DNA from: Lingula anatina
Taxonomy: Eukaryota; Animalia; Brachiopoda
DNA length: 64,000 nucleotides
Assembly (NCBI GenBank): GCA_051362555.1
Contig: CM120641.1
Coordinates: forward strand, 30,820,401-30,884,400
Reading direction: 5' to 3'
Shown here: piece by piece, positions 1-11,985 of the stretch
Position numbering within the stretch: position 1 is the first letter of the stretch
Layout of the letters: every line of letters begins with the position of its first letter
The notes under the pieces: model-generated
Seen by the model: only the letters and a program-made list of their open reading frames with translations
The model's database searches: none
What the model was told of the DNA's origin: nothing
Program-made: the position numbers and the translations under genes

Positions 1-857
1 TTTTAAATATTTTTATTTATACCACCCTCCTTTGAAAATTATTCTTACTTTTTTTCATTTCATTCCTTTTATTTTTGAGTGTCAAACAAGCTGATAATGA
101 TAGGTAAGGATCATGGCTAATTAAAAATCCAAATGAACAGAAAAATCGAAGGCATAAAAATTTTTTAATTAGACTAATTATACAAGTAATAGACTGATTA
201 TACTGCTATACTTCATCCTCTGCTGTATGCGTTGGCGGCCATTTTGATTTTACAATGACAGAAACATGCTAGTATGCAGTCATTTATCCTACTGTGTTTT
301 TATGACGGGAAATGTGTTCACAATAGTCACAAATAAATTATATCTGTCAACTCTTGGTTGTTTTTCTATTTTCTCTAAAAATTGACGGCCATATTGAAAA
401 TGCTCAAAGTCTCGGAAGTAGAAACCAAGCCAACTCAACGTTTCTAGCCCTCAAGGATGCATTTCTGTAATGAATGTTTACAGGAAAGATCATTGCAGGG
501 TTCGACTATTTGGCATATGCGAGTGAGTGGGTATTTGTCATTTTGTATTTTGCATTATCATCCAGTGACGCCATCATGACGTCATCATTGCTGTAATAGA
601 TGTTTACAGTTAGTGTACGTTTCTCAAATTTATTCATGTTATCATAATTAACGCCGGTAGTGCTCGTTTACGTGAATTCTAGATGTACACAAAATGCTGA
701 GTCAGCATATTTTAAGAAAGCTGCTCATCCGGGTACTTGTGAATTTTGGAGTTGCCCCCAAATCCAAAATTGACAAACACCCAATGGTCATTCATCGTGG
801 AAAGTTTCATGCTTTTATCAACTTTTGCACAATTGTTTTGGCTTAGCCGCCTAACTA
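1..857. mobile_element. Right end of an Academ-like non-autonomous DNA transposon (left end outside window)
   Basis: Ends in ...AAAGTTTCATGCTTTT...TGCACAATT...TTAGCCGCCTAACTA. The same terminal layout (AAGTTTCATGCTTTT...CTA) occurs at the Academ-derived element ending at 56210, and Academ termini are TAG..CTA. Confidence 0.5.
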
Positions 858-1845
858 AGAAAGGGGTCGGTCAGCAAAGGTGTCTCACATTTGTTTGGTG
901 ATTTTTACATCAATGATATCTCGTCATTGTGAATGATACAAGCCATCTCGGCTTATTTGTAACACGTTTGATCACAAGTGTCTCGCTTGTGTCAAATACG
1001 ACGTGTGTCCTAAATAACCGTCTAGTCTAATCTCTTGTATCGTGTTTAGGAGTACAACTCCAAAGCAAACAGGGATACGAGCTGGAGGAATGAATTGAGC
1101 GTGTTAATGGATCAGAAGTCAAAGGTCGAAATGTACGCATTGACCTACTTAGGTGTTTACTATATATAGGCTACTCACGCTGCACAGGTGTGTTGAGCTC
1201 GCAAGCAATGCGTTGTGAACTCTAAATGAGTTTGTTAGACAAGTTTTGGTAATCTTTAAGCTAAATCATATCAGAAAGAGTATGTTCTCTGAGAAATTTG
1301 ATTTATTAGTTTCCCAAATACTGAATTTACGGCGCCCCTCCTAATATACGCTCTTTGTTTACAGGTCTAACCTGAACTTGTACAGCATTAAAAGAAACTT
1401 TAAAAGATTAAGTAAAAGCTTATACATAAGATTGTTCTTAGTTAATACTTTAGAGGGGGACTAAAATTAGAGTTGATCTGAAAAACGTTCAAGCATAAAC
1501 GTAAGTTTTGTTTCAACAACAATTATAAGTAAAAAATAAGATAAGAAATATCTCAAGCAACTTATGTAAGAATTCTTACTAGTCATAACAATTGATAGGA
1601 CTTATTTTCAAATCTGCTGTTAATCTATAAACTTTTTTTTCCAAAATATTTTTTCCACGGACACTAAAATTTCTGTCCATGTACAATGTAAGTCGATTAA
1701 TTTTTATATCATGGAGATTTTTTATGTTTTGATCATTTTACATTTATTTTGAAACCGATGTCAAAATTAAACATTTGAAAGTAAAATACAGTTTTTATAT
1801 TTTACAAAACACATGTAAGCCAATTATATTAAATTCATTTATTCT

Positions 1846-2116
1846 TCATTTTGAAATTGCTGACAAGAAACTATATTTTGACATGTTGTTAAGATCAGCC
1901 CCTTCACATTTATCATCAGCTGGAAATCGCTTCATCGTTTGTGCATCTCGTTTAGCCAATAACTTTTTCCGTGTGGTTTTCTTTTTAACTTTGCGTGCCT
2001 CATGTTTCTGTGCCAGTAAATTTTCCAAACTAACAGGGCTATGATAGAGTTTCCCTTCGTCTTCAACCGTCCGTCCCTTACTTCTACAGTTTTTCTAATT
2101 AATGTGTCTCCGTTTC
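1846..2116 (-). pseudogene. Small basic ORF remnant downstream of the BIR gene, possibly a Polinton accessory gene
   Basis: Lys/Arg-rich frame (KHEARKVKKKTTRKK) extends upstream past one stop to an ATG near 2116-2118, with AATAAA just after the stop on the minus strand. No recognisable domain. Confidence 0.25.
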
Positions 2117-2174
2117 ATCCTTCCTCTTTCAACTGTTTCGCATAAATGAAGCACACCTGTTCGAATACTGCTTT

Positions 2175-2657
2175 TTAAAATAGAGTGTATGACATTCGAT
2201 CTGGTGTTTTGTCTACTTCATCAAAGCCTATATTTAACAGAGTTTTCACTGTGCTGGGTGTATAATTTGTCTTCTTTTCATATGCGACAAACAACTGCAC
2301 TAATTCGTGTTGCTTTTCGGGTGGCAGTGGAACGTTTAGTGGATTATTTTGTCTTTTGTCGGCTGTATTCATAGTACAGTGTGGACTGTGACGCTCGTGT
2401 TCGACATCTGCCGCATCTCTCAACGGGTCCCAGTTCTTTAGGTTTAAATTACAATTAAAACAACTGACCGTGTCGTCAGATTTGGTTGCATTCGGGTCCC
2501 TGTAAAACCCGCTGATGGCTAAAGGTATAGGGTTAATGAGAAGTCTACCAGACCAGTCAAGAAACCTCAGAACTCTATCCTCTTCTTTACAATAGGGTAT
2601 CCAAAAAAAAAAAGGCCTTGTCTTCTGATGCACAATCGGGGAATAGGTTACTGTCAT
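2175..2657 (-). CDS. Single-BIR-domain (IAP/survivin-like) protein, intronless, no RING
   Basis: EEDRVLRFLDW...LAISGFY...DTVSCFNC-x17-H-x6-C(SPHC) matches the BIR zinc-binding signature, and the 160-aa frame is uninterrupted. The true start may be the ATG at 2661 if the A11 run at 2603-2613 has slipped. Confidence 0.85.
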   Translation of the reverse strand: MTVTYSPIVHQKTRPFFFWIPYCKEEDRVLRFLDWSGRLLINPIPLAISGFYRDPNATKSDDTVSCFNCNLNLKNWDPLRDAADVEHERHSPHCTMNTADKRQNNPLNVPLPPEKQHELVQLFVAYEKKTNYTPSTVKTLLNIGFDEVDKTPDRMSYTLF

Positions 2658-2734
2658 CCATTGTTTCCGACGAAATAGTGACCTATGACAAAATTACTAT
2701 GGTGAACGATACTTTATTAAAAGCAATATTTTCA

Positions 2735-3065
2735 GTAGCCAATCAGAAACAAGGACACATATCTTTAATGAAACCAATGAAGTTTGATCTTTTTCAACCA
2801 AATAATGTCCCACGCGTAAATCTATTTTAGATATGATGTAATAATCAACCAATCAAATTGCAGTATCGTATTATTTCAACCAATCAATGCCTCGCATGTA
2901 ATCTATTTTTAGATATGATGTCATAATCAACCAATCATATTGCAGTATTTTAATTTCAACCAATCAAATGCCTCACACGTAAATTTTTTTTTGATATGAT
3001 GTCATAATCAACCAATATAATTGCTAGTTGCAACATATAAACCGTTTGTTTATGTATTAGCCAAT
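2735..3065. promoter_or_regulatory. Putative bidirectional promoter with ~81-bp tandem repeats and multiple CCAAT boxes
   Basis: CCAAT at ~2739, 2774, 2849, 2880, 2931, 2960, 3012 and 3061. About 3 copies of an ~81-bp unit, TGATGTCA twice, and ATATAAA at 3034, between the divergent BIR and PolB starts. Confidence 0.6.
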
Positions 3066-3127
3066 CTTTTTTGAGTGCACAGTTTTATATCTGGAGTGAA
3101 ACAAGTTACATATTTATTGCAGCAACC

Positions 3128-5823
3128 ATGGTCCACACGTGCAACATTTGCCAGAAAACGTTTCTTCTGAGGAAACAACTGATCCGCCATAAAGGTGTTG
3201 ATCATGTTGTTAACAACCACGAATGTGATGTCTGCGGGGCAAAATTCAGTCGCCTCGATCACCTTAAACAGCATCGCATCACCCACAGCACAGAAAATGC
3301 CATTAAATGCCCAACTTGCGGAAAAGGATTTAAACTCAGAGGTAACATGCTTCGTCACATGCGCTTACACTCGACCAGACTAGAACAACCGACCTTAAGA
3401 TGCCCCGAGTGTGCCGAAGTATTTGCCACCCCACAGGACCGTCTAAACCACCAGGCTGAAGCTCATCCGCAACCGGGGCCCTCGAGCAAAAGAAAAGCAG
3501 GTTCTCAACCCGACATCGTTAGTAAGAAAATTCAAGTGGGGTATGGCGCTGGGGCTATCCTTTCCCCTGATCCAGTCAGCATGCCTGAAGATCTTCTTCC
3601 TCCTGATACTGAGCCTCTTGTACGCGACGCCTACATGCATCATTGCAGTAGCATCCGCACTCGATTCTCTAGGGGAAACAAATTACAAGACTGGTACAAC
3701 TTTCGGTTGACTTCTGTTCACCCTGACGATCTTCGAGAAGGGCTAGCTGCCGTGTTTAAAGACCAAAAGACTGTCTTTAAGCTGAATGTGTCTTACGGAT
3801 TTTTTTAAAGAAACATCGAGACACGGGAAATACGGTATTATCACCCCAGCAGCAACAATCACTGTTTCCTTGAATAACCGTATTTGATCCAAAACAAAGA
3901 CGATCTAGACGGCTTTTTCGAGCGTATTGCTGTCAGGGATATTTTGGAGTGCGCCCGGCAGGAGAGACCCAACTCCAGATGGATAGTAGAGATGATCACT
4001 AGCGTTACGTTCTACGTGACCAAGCTGGTAGGTCATCCGATCGGCAGTGCTGGCCTTCTACCGAACTTTATCTCCAACAACAAGGGTTTGGTCGCACTGG
4101 AAGGAGTTAGAATGGTTGTTATAAGGACAATTTGTTCGTTTTCCGCTGCTTAATCTTGCACAGGGGGTGGCCTGTATTTCAACTAGAAAAAACCACCAAA
4201 CAACTTTTGGAAAAATACAGAGCTGAGACCAGGTGCAAGATAAAAGGATTTGAGGGTGTGTCGCTCAACCAACTGGAGCGAGTTGAAAAGTTGTTCGAAG
4301 TCAACATAACGGTATACGAGCTGCAGGAAACAGAAGACGGTGCGACTTTTGCTGAACTTGTGCGTCGATCGCTGAGTGCGAACAAGGAAACCATGTCGCT
4401 TAATGTGTATGAAAATCACTTTTCGTACATACGTGACATGGGGAAATACACTCAGTCTTTTTGCTGCTCAAAATGCAACAAAATGTTCAAGCACAAAGGT
4501 AACCTACATGCTCACGAACGGACATGTGAAGCCATCGTCGAGCACCGCTTCCCTGGAAAAGCTTACACACCCCAACAGACAATATTTGAACAGTTGGAAG
4601 ATGAAGGTATCGTGGTCCCCGAAAAAGACAGATATTACCCATACAGGGCAACCTTCGATATTGAGTGTCTGTTGCCGAAACATCAGCAGCCTGGTCACAG
4701 CAAAAAACTTCACTTGGAAAACGAACACCAGTTTTTGAGAGTGAGTGTGTGTAGCAATGTACCCGGGTACACCAAAACTCAGGGCATTTTTTCCAATGGT
4801 GAGCCATTGCTAGCTGTGCAACGGTTCATTGATACGTTACAAGACATAAGCCGCGCAGCCGAAACTATTCAAAGACACAAGTTTACCAGGGTGTTTGAAA
4901 CTCTAGATGAAAAAATAGAAAAAGACTTGGAAAAGAGATCAGAAAATGAAAACAGCGAGGACGAGGGAAAGGATGAAAAGTAGTTGAAAAACAAACATAT
5001 TTTATCAAAACTTAGTGGTAAATTTAGCAATTATTTAAATGAGTTACCTGTTTTAGGGTTTAATAGTGGACACTATGACTTGAATGCCATAAAGACGTTG
5101 TTTTTCCCGCTTTTGTTAAATTCGGAAAAAATACGCTTTGTTGTAAAGCGGAACAATAACTTCATGGTGCTCAAGTCGGATAGGTTGAAAATCTTAGATA
5201 TTAGAAATTTCTTAGCTCCAGGGTTTAGTTATAGTCAATTTTTAAAGGCATTCGAGTGCCAAGAATCCAAGGGGTTCTTTCCTTATGAATAGATGGACTC
5301 CCTAGACAAACTTGAGTGTGCAAGTCTCCCTCCACGCGAAGCGTTTTTCTCACAGTTGAAACAAAATGACATAAGTGAGGAGGATTATGCATTGTGTCAA
5401 CGCGTTTGGCATGAAAACCACATGCAAACAATGCGCGACTTTCTCACCTGGTATAACAACAAAGACGTTGAGCCGATGTTGGAAGCAGTGGCTAAAATGT
5501 TCGCCTTCTACCTTGAGAGGGGTATAGATATGTTTAAAGATGGTATTAGGTTACCAGGTTTGACATTGAAGTACCTGTTTCAAAACGTAGGAGACGCTTA
5601 TTTCACTCTTTGTGATGACAAAAACAGCGATCTCCACTAATTCCTGAAAAAATGCCATGGTGGGCGGTCCCAGTATTTTATTCCATCGTCACCACGAGAA
5701 GGATAAAACCTTCATCAGAAAAGCCACTCTAGATGCACCAAAGCTCTGCAAGAAAATCATTGGCTACGATGCTAATGCTCTTTACTTGTGGTGCTTGATG
5801 CAGCCTATGCCCACGGGGACGTT
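3128..5823 (+). pseudogene. Polinton/Maverick (adintovirus-like) protein-primed DNA polymerase B with N-terminal C2H2 zinc fingers; disrupted and 3'-truncated
   Basis: Kozak GCAACCATGG at 3128 and 4 C2H2 fingers. Later motifs: FKLNVSYGF, DNLFVFRCL...NHFSYI, a further C2H2-like motif, ExoI FDIEC, ExoII FNSGHYD, KGFFPYE, ExoIII YNNKDV, GGPS, Pol motif A YDANALY. Stops at ~3874, 4981, 5290 and 5638 plus frameshifts. Cut off at the TIR at 5824. Confidence 0.9.
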
Positions 5824-6596
5824 TGTTAAGCCTCTCTTCTGGTCCTCAAATCAAGTTCGGTCCCTTGGTTCTAAACTGTTTACCAGAAGCTCTGAACTGG
5901 TCCTACACCTGTAAATGTCCATTATGACGAGTTCAAACGTGTTCCCCAAACGTGTCCTTGGCTGACTCTATTATGGTCTCCAATATTTGAGGTTTAAAAC
6001 TTTGAGAGGCTATCAAAAAACGTACGTAAACTGAATGTTAGAAAGAAATGCATTTCAATTATTTAAAATTGTATTATATTTGCTACAATATATTCTCATA
6101 TTTTTAAAGAACACAAAAGTTTTGCTGCGTGACTACCTTTAGGATGCTTACACTACTACAATATTTATGGCGTTCTCTGCTTCTTGTTTTCAAGACAGTT
6201 ACATTCGTGGGTGATTGTGTGCATGTTGGGGGGGGGGGGGTACTCACTCACTGTCATGATCGTGCGTTCTTTATTCCGTTTCAAGTTTCAAAATTTTCTT
6301 TCATGCCCGAAATCTGTGAATTTAAATACTCGATCCCCACCATTAATAGTGCCACCGACTCTCACATTGACTGCCTCTCTTGTTATAGAGCACAATTCAA
6401 AGTAATTTAAAAGAGACAAACCTAGCTGTTATTACAGAAACGGGATTCTTTAACATAGATTTTGTCTCGACTCCAAGGACGTCTACTTCATAGGATAAGT
6501 GCCCTGATTTTATCGACAAATCGACTTCATAGGATAAAATGCGACTTCATCTCCAATAAGATATTGCCTGCGACTTCATGGGATAATGGTGAAAAA

Positions 6597-7439
6597 CAGT
6601 GGAGGATTTAGAGGGGGGGGGGGGGGGGGGGGAGGTCGCATCCGCGTACCCCCCCCTTCAAATAATCCTGGATCCGCTCCTGGTAAAAAAGGGGCCTACT
6701 GTTGGTCCTGAGTTTTGGAAGATAATGTTTTTAGAAAGGCATGTTTTTGTACTGTAAATACTATTCAACAAAGGTAAACTGTACGGATGAATTATATTAA
6801 CAAATATGTAGGCCTATGACTGCACAGGATATCTGTAGAAAGATTAGTAATACTGGGTGAATGTCTTAAGCAATTTAAGATACTCAGGCAGCACAGGCGC
6901 GGAGCCAGGATTTCTGAAAAGGGGGGGGGGGGGGGTCCAGAGGCGTCGACATTTGGCAGGGGGGGCATACGCGCAGAGTATCGGTAGCCTATTGGATTAT
7001 AAGATGAATAGATAATGTTTATTAGATAAATATTTAAAAAACATTAAGGTCATTAGAAGCATTGAATGTATATATCTGTATATTCCAATCATCTTGATCA
7101 ATTCGATCGCTCTCTGAAAAGACATAATTTCCATGAGGCAAGACTTGCGCAAGTATAATGCCTATGTCGCGTCACTCTCAACATTTTAGTACAGAATGAA
7201 ACATTATATCCAGTGCCGGATATATGGGGGGGGGGGGGTCCTGACCCCCCCTTTTAGTCTCTAAAAAGATCAGACTCATTTCCCCCTCTTGGAATAAGAA
7301 TTTTGACTGGCTGATTTACAGTTTTAAACATTACCAAATGGCTTCAGTGGGCCCCGAACCCCACGCCAACGGATGGAGGGGGACGGTTCGGCTTCGCGTC
7401 TGCGGACCCCCCTTCACATATTCCTGGATTCGCCCCTGA
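6597..7439. mobile_element. Cluster of short hAT-like MITEs (CAG..GGATCC..CTG type, poly-G/C)
   Basis: CAGTGGAGGATTT...CCTGGATCCGCTCCTG (6597-6682), CAGGCGCGGAGCCAGG (6894)...CCTGGATTCGCCCCTG (7438), and CAGTGCCGGAT (7211). Confidence 0.45.
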
Positions 7440-8765
7440 TGTTGACCTTTTCGCCTAATTTCCTCACCAAACCAGACCTGAAACGCGGTCAGTACTTGCA
7501 CAAGCGCGAACAAGTGGTACCAAGATGGACTTCTTTATTCTGCTGGCTATGATGCTCTTATTTGGAATGAAGGTAAGAAACATTTTTCACATTTTTAATA
7601 TAAATATTGTTTAAAATATTACGATGTGAAGGGTCACAATTTTTTTTTTTTAATATCCAGATGCAAATTTTTAAAAGAGTTGGGATTTGCCTCTGTGAAC
7701 CAAACAAGTATCTTATTGAAATTTGGTTATGTATTCAATGAACACATGAAAAATGTTTCAAGCCTAGGTCACATTTACACGGGAGCCGTGCCATCAATTG
7801 TCCGTACGATTTTTTAAAAAATATCGTAGGGGGCTACAGGCTACGCCGATTATGTCTACTTTACATGGCCTTAAATCAGTACGATCCCGTGCGATTTCGC
7901 ACGGCTAACGTCTGCGACTTACGGAAAGGGTATTACGGCCCGTATACGTGCACCGTACGACTATATTAATTAAAAAACGCGAGAAAAACCCTTCATGTTC
8001 CTAGAATTGCAAAGAAGAATTGTCATTTTCCCCCGGGTTCCCCTCAACTGAAATCAAAGGATCAATAAAAACACAATGTTCTCTTAATTTGATTTTTTTT
8101 ATTTTGGATTTTTGGTAAGCTTTTGTTACCCTTTACTTATTCTTTTGGTATATTCTAAGTGGCGGTCCAAGGAACTTTGGCGGGCGGGCGGGGGGGGGGG
8201 GGGGGGTGTGTGGCATGGTCAGACCTATTACTGGAGGGATCCAAGTAACGGTTTAAGTCATTCCCATTTCATAGGCTCTATCGGTTTTAGCTTACTACAT
8301 TTTTCTTATTTTGTCTCCTATACTCGCATCAGATATACTGCTCAAGTAAGGACATATTAAACATAAACTCAAATAAAAACAGAATCATAAATTATTTCAT
8401 GTTAAAGTCACTTTCGGGTCACCCCCAGGGGATGGGTTAATTTGAAATGGGGAGTAACTTGAAATCGGCGGGGTATGCGTGCGTGATAGAGAACAGGGAG
8501 GGGCTAAAACTTCTCAACTTCCTTTATTTCACTATCCGTTTGTTAAGATCTTAACGTAAACTTCCACCTATTATCACCTCATTTGTCTTCATCTTGTCCT
8601 TGCCGCTGTCATAGGCCAGCCTTATCTATTTCTGACCTCTGCACAGCATTGACCAAGACCAAGACACGGAAAAATCAAGTACTGGATCAAAAGGGAGTTA
8701 CGCGACAATGTGCAGTGTATAAAATCTAGTCTAAGATCATTCACAGTAAAAACATTGTAAAGTAA

Positions 8766-8767
<2 letters not shown>

Positions 8768-8812
<45 letters not shown>
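8768..8812. repeat. (AAT)n microsatellite
   Basis: Direct read. Confidence 0.95.
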
Positions 8813-8814
<2 letters not shown>

Positions 8815-9193
8815 ATCTAAAGTACTAAGTGTTCGGTCTATGCGTTTGTTCAATAATAAAAGTTAAACAACATTTTTTCTTAAAATCTATCAATCACACA
8901 TGTAGATAATTGCACTCATTTGTATAGATATTAAACGATATATATAATATATATTTCAATGAAAGCTTGTAGTGACAGCTTATTTCTTATATATTGATTC
9001 TCGATCGCAGCTCTTCACAACTATTTAATTTAAGTAAATTTATGACGTTTTTGTTTAACAGGACCAAATATCAAAGCAAACTGACAACAATGAGAATGCG
9101 GAGGAGGAGGGACTCCAAGAATACGACAGCCAGATGTCGGATTCATTGATATGTTTTAATGGGTTTTCCTTCCTTCGTTTTCCTTTAGCCCTA

Positions 9194-11460
9194 TGTAGAG
9201 CCGCATTTTGCAACCGACCGCATTTTGCAACCGGTTGCAAAATACGTTCAGTTGCAAAATGCGGTCCTACTAAGTAGAGCCGCATTTTGCAACTGAACGC
9301 ATTTTGCAACTGCAACGCATTTTGTAACCTAAGAAAATCGTGAAAACGCATTTTGCAACTGCAACGCATTTTGCAACCAGGATTTTTTTCTAAGTCCTTG
9401 AAACAGCTTGAAGTACGAGACAGGTAGAATTGGAGTGGGGACGGGTTTGCTTCGACTATGTATGCAGAAACTGGCCAGGCTGCCCCTGGGGTGGACGAAA
9501 ATATAAAACTTATTGCACATTGTAATTTCCTAAACCATTAGAGTTAGGAACTCTAAACGTTAATAAACATTTTGTTAGGCATGTGCATGGGATTTCGGAT
9601 TTTTTGTTTTTGTTTTTTTTTTAATTGGGGGTGTGGCCGTCCCTAGGGGTGGTTGATTGTACTTTTACTTCGTATTTTTCTCCTATCTACCCTTATATCT
9701 TCAGAATTAGGAAATAAAAACGTTGGGGATTAATACACTATCGTAAGAAATGTGCATGGGCACTTCGGAAATTTATTGTGACATGGGTGTGGTTGTCCCT
9801 AGGGGTGGTTGAGTCTAATTTTACAACGTATTTTTTGCTATCTGCCTATTGTATCGGCCATTTGAGTTAAAGCATGAAATTTAGCTACAGTATAATTTGG
9901 GATGTTGAATGGCATTTAATTTTTTTGACTTAGGGTGTGGTCCTGGGGGTGGTTGAATATAATTAGACGTTGTAATTTCTGCTATCTACCTTTAGACCAT
10001 ATAAGTTAGGAACGGAAGGCTATGGGAATTGAAAACATGCCTTTAGAGATATGGATCCTTCTGGGGTATTGATGGGTGTGGCCGTCCCTGGGGGTGGTTG
10101 ATTCTATTTTTTGCACCGTTACTTCTACCCTTAGAGTTAGGAACATGAAATGTTGGGGATTGATAATGAATGTACATGGGTCTTAGAGGAATGTAGAGTA
10201 CAGCAGCGGCGCACATAGCACTAAACGGACTTACAGTCGTAGGCATGAATATAGGTCAAGGAATCCAGTTAAAGCTGTTCTTTTGACCCATGCCAACCAT
10301 AAGGCCCTACACACTCAGGAATCCTGGCGTTCAACTAGCCGTTGTGTCTTAATACAAAACAAATATGTTAATTAATCATAAATAGTAATTAGCATGTGTG
10401 TTGCTCTACAGAGGCTATGCCTGAAAGTATGGGGTCTTGCATGGGTTTTTAATTAACTTGACCTATATTCAAGCATACCGCTGAAGGTCTGTTATTAAGT
10501 GCCGTCTGCTGTGTTCTTTGCATTCCCCTTCCTTCTTAACTCGAAGACAGCTTTCATATTCACACATCCTACTATCTGGGTCGGTCCAACTCTGCAGGGG
10601 ATCTCACTTAAGTGCAATCAGTGGAATCAGCTTAATTGTCTGACATACCACCAATCACCCCATCCATTGAAGAACCGTCACATCCAAAGTCACACTAAAA
10701 TTCCCCTGTACCCATGCACCAAAGACTCGTGCTCCTAACTCGAATGGTCGAGAAGGAGATGAAAGAAATTACGGTGAAAATATTACAGTCAAGTAACTAT
10801 CCCCAGGGACGGCCATTCCCCAAGTGACCAAAAATTCCTATGTGCCCAAGCACATCTCTAACGATCTCAACCACCCCCAGGGACAACTACACCCCAAGTC
10901 ACAAAAATCTGGAGTGCCTACGCACATTTCTTACGATGGTATTAATCCCCAACGCTTTTATTTCCTAATTCTACAGATATAAGGGTAGATAACAGAAAAT
11001 ACAATGTAAAATTACAATCAGCCACCCCTAGGGACGGCCACACCCCTATGTGCATGCCTAACAATATCTTTTTTACTCCCTGGCGTTTCAACCTCCTAAC
11101 TCTAATGGTTTAGGAAATTACAATGTGAAATAAGTTTTATATTATCGTCCACCCCAGGGGCAGCCTGGCCAGTTTCAGCATACATAGTCGAAGCAAACCC
11201 GTCCCCACTGCAATTCTACCCGTAGCCTACCTGTCTCGTACTTCAAGCTGTTTCAGGGACTTAGAAAAAAATCCTGGTTGCAAAATGCGTTGCGGTTGCA
11301 AAATGCGTTTTCACGATTTTCTTTGGTTGCAAAATGCGTTGCAGTTGCAAAATGCGTTCAGTTGCAAAATGCGGCTCTACTTAGTAGGACCGCATTTTGC
11401 TACTGAACGCATTTTGCAACCGGTTGCAAAATGCGGTCGGTTGCAAAATGCGGCTCTACA
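9194..11460. mobile_element. Non-autonomous foldback TIR element with TGT..ACA ends and 4-bp TSD (Ginger-type)
   Basis: TGTAGAGCCGCATTTTGCAACC...GGTTGCAAAATGCGGCTCTACA with TSD CCTA at 9190-9193 and 11461-11464. Near-perfect IR for ~350 bp and degenerate inverted similarity reaching 10260/10457. Confidence 0.9.
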
Positions 11461-11985
11461 CCTATCTGCAAGCCTTTATCACAGATTGAAACATATCTTT
11501 CCCAATGTGATAATTTTTATTGATCTCATCTGTGAAACTTTTTTCCAGTTTCCTAACTTCACAACTTGTACGGAGTTATCGGTATATGTTATATATTTTC
11601 TTTCTTTAAATAACTTTTTTTCTCTTTCTACTTGATTTCCCACTGTAGAATTTCAGCCACTTTTTAAAATATTTTTTTCCGAAATACGACCGTTAATATT
11701 TAATATTATCACAACTAAAAAAAACGAACTTACAAATACAGTAACATGCAAATTTACAATGCTGCCCCCTTACGTAACATTTTTTGTTTCGGGACATACA
11801 TGTACTTTTGGTGAAGCTTTGCTGCCTTGTTAAACAGACCTTGATTGTATCTCATCAGAGATAACGAGCCATGTGTTTACAAAAATGGGAACATCTTTTT
11901 TTTTTTAACTTGGATGACTTTCAATTATTCTTCATTGTAATAATGGTTTTTTGGTTCATTTCAGGGTAACAACGCACAGGGGAAT

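Noticed and set aside
1260-1620. Possible Polinton terminal inverted repeat or subterminal repeats
   Set aside because: AT-rich with TAAG motifs, but no (AG)n/(AGT)n terminus and no partner end in the window.
6613-8210. Poly-G runs as functional G-quadruplex elements
   Set aside because: They are internal parts of common short MITEs, and homopolymer lengths are unreliable.
8622-8816. Poly-Tyr and (YI)n ORFs (also 22480, 41823, 48433, 48647)
   Set aside because: Microsatellite translations.
9194-9380. CRISPR-like repeat array (CGCATTTTGCAAC)
   Set aside because: No unique constant-length spacers and no cas genes. These are subterminal motifs of a eukaryotic TIR element.
9055-11640. Gene interrupted by the foldback element
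   Set aside because: Rejoining the CCTA flanks gives short frames on both strands with no recognisable domain.
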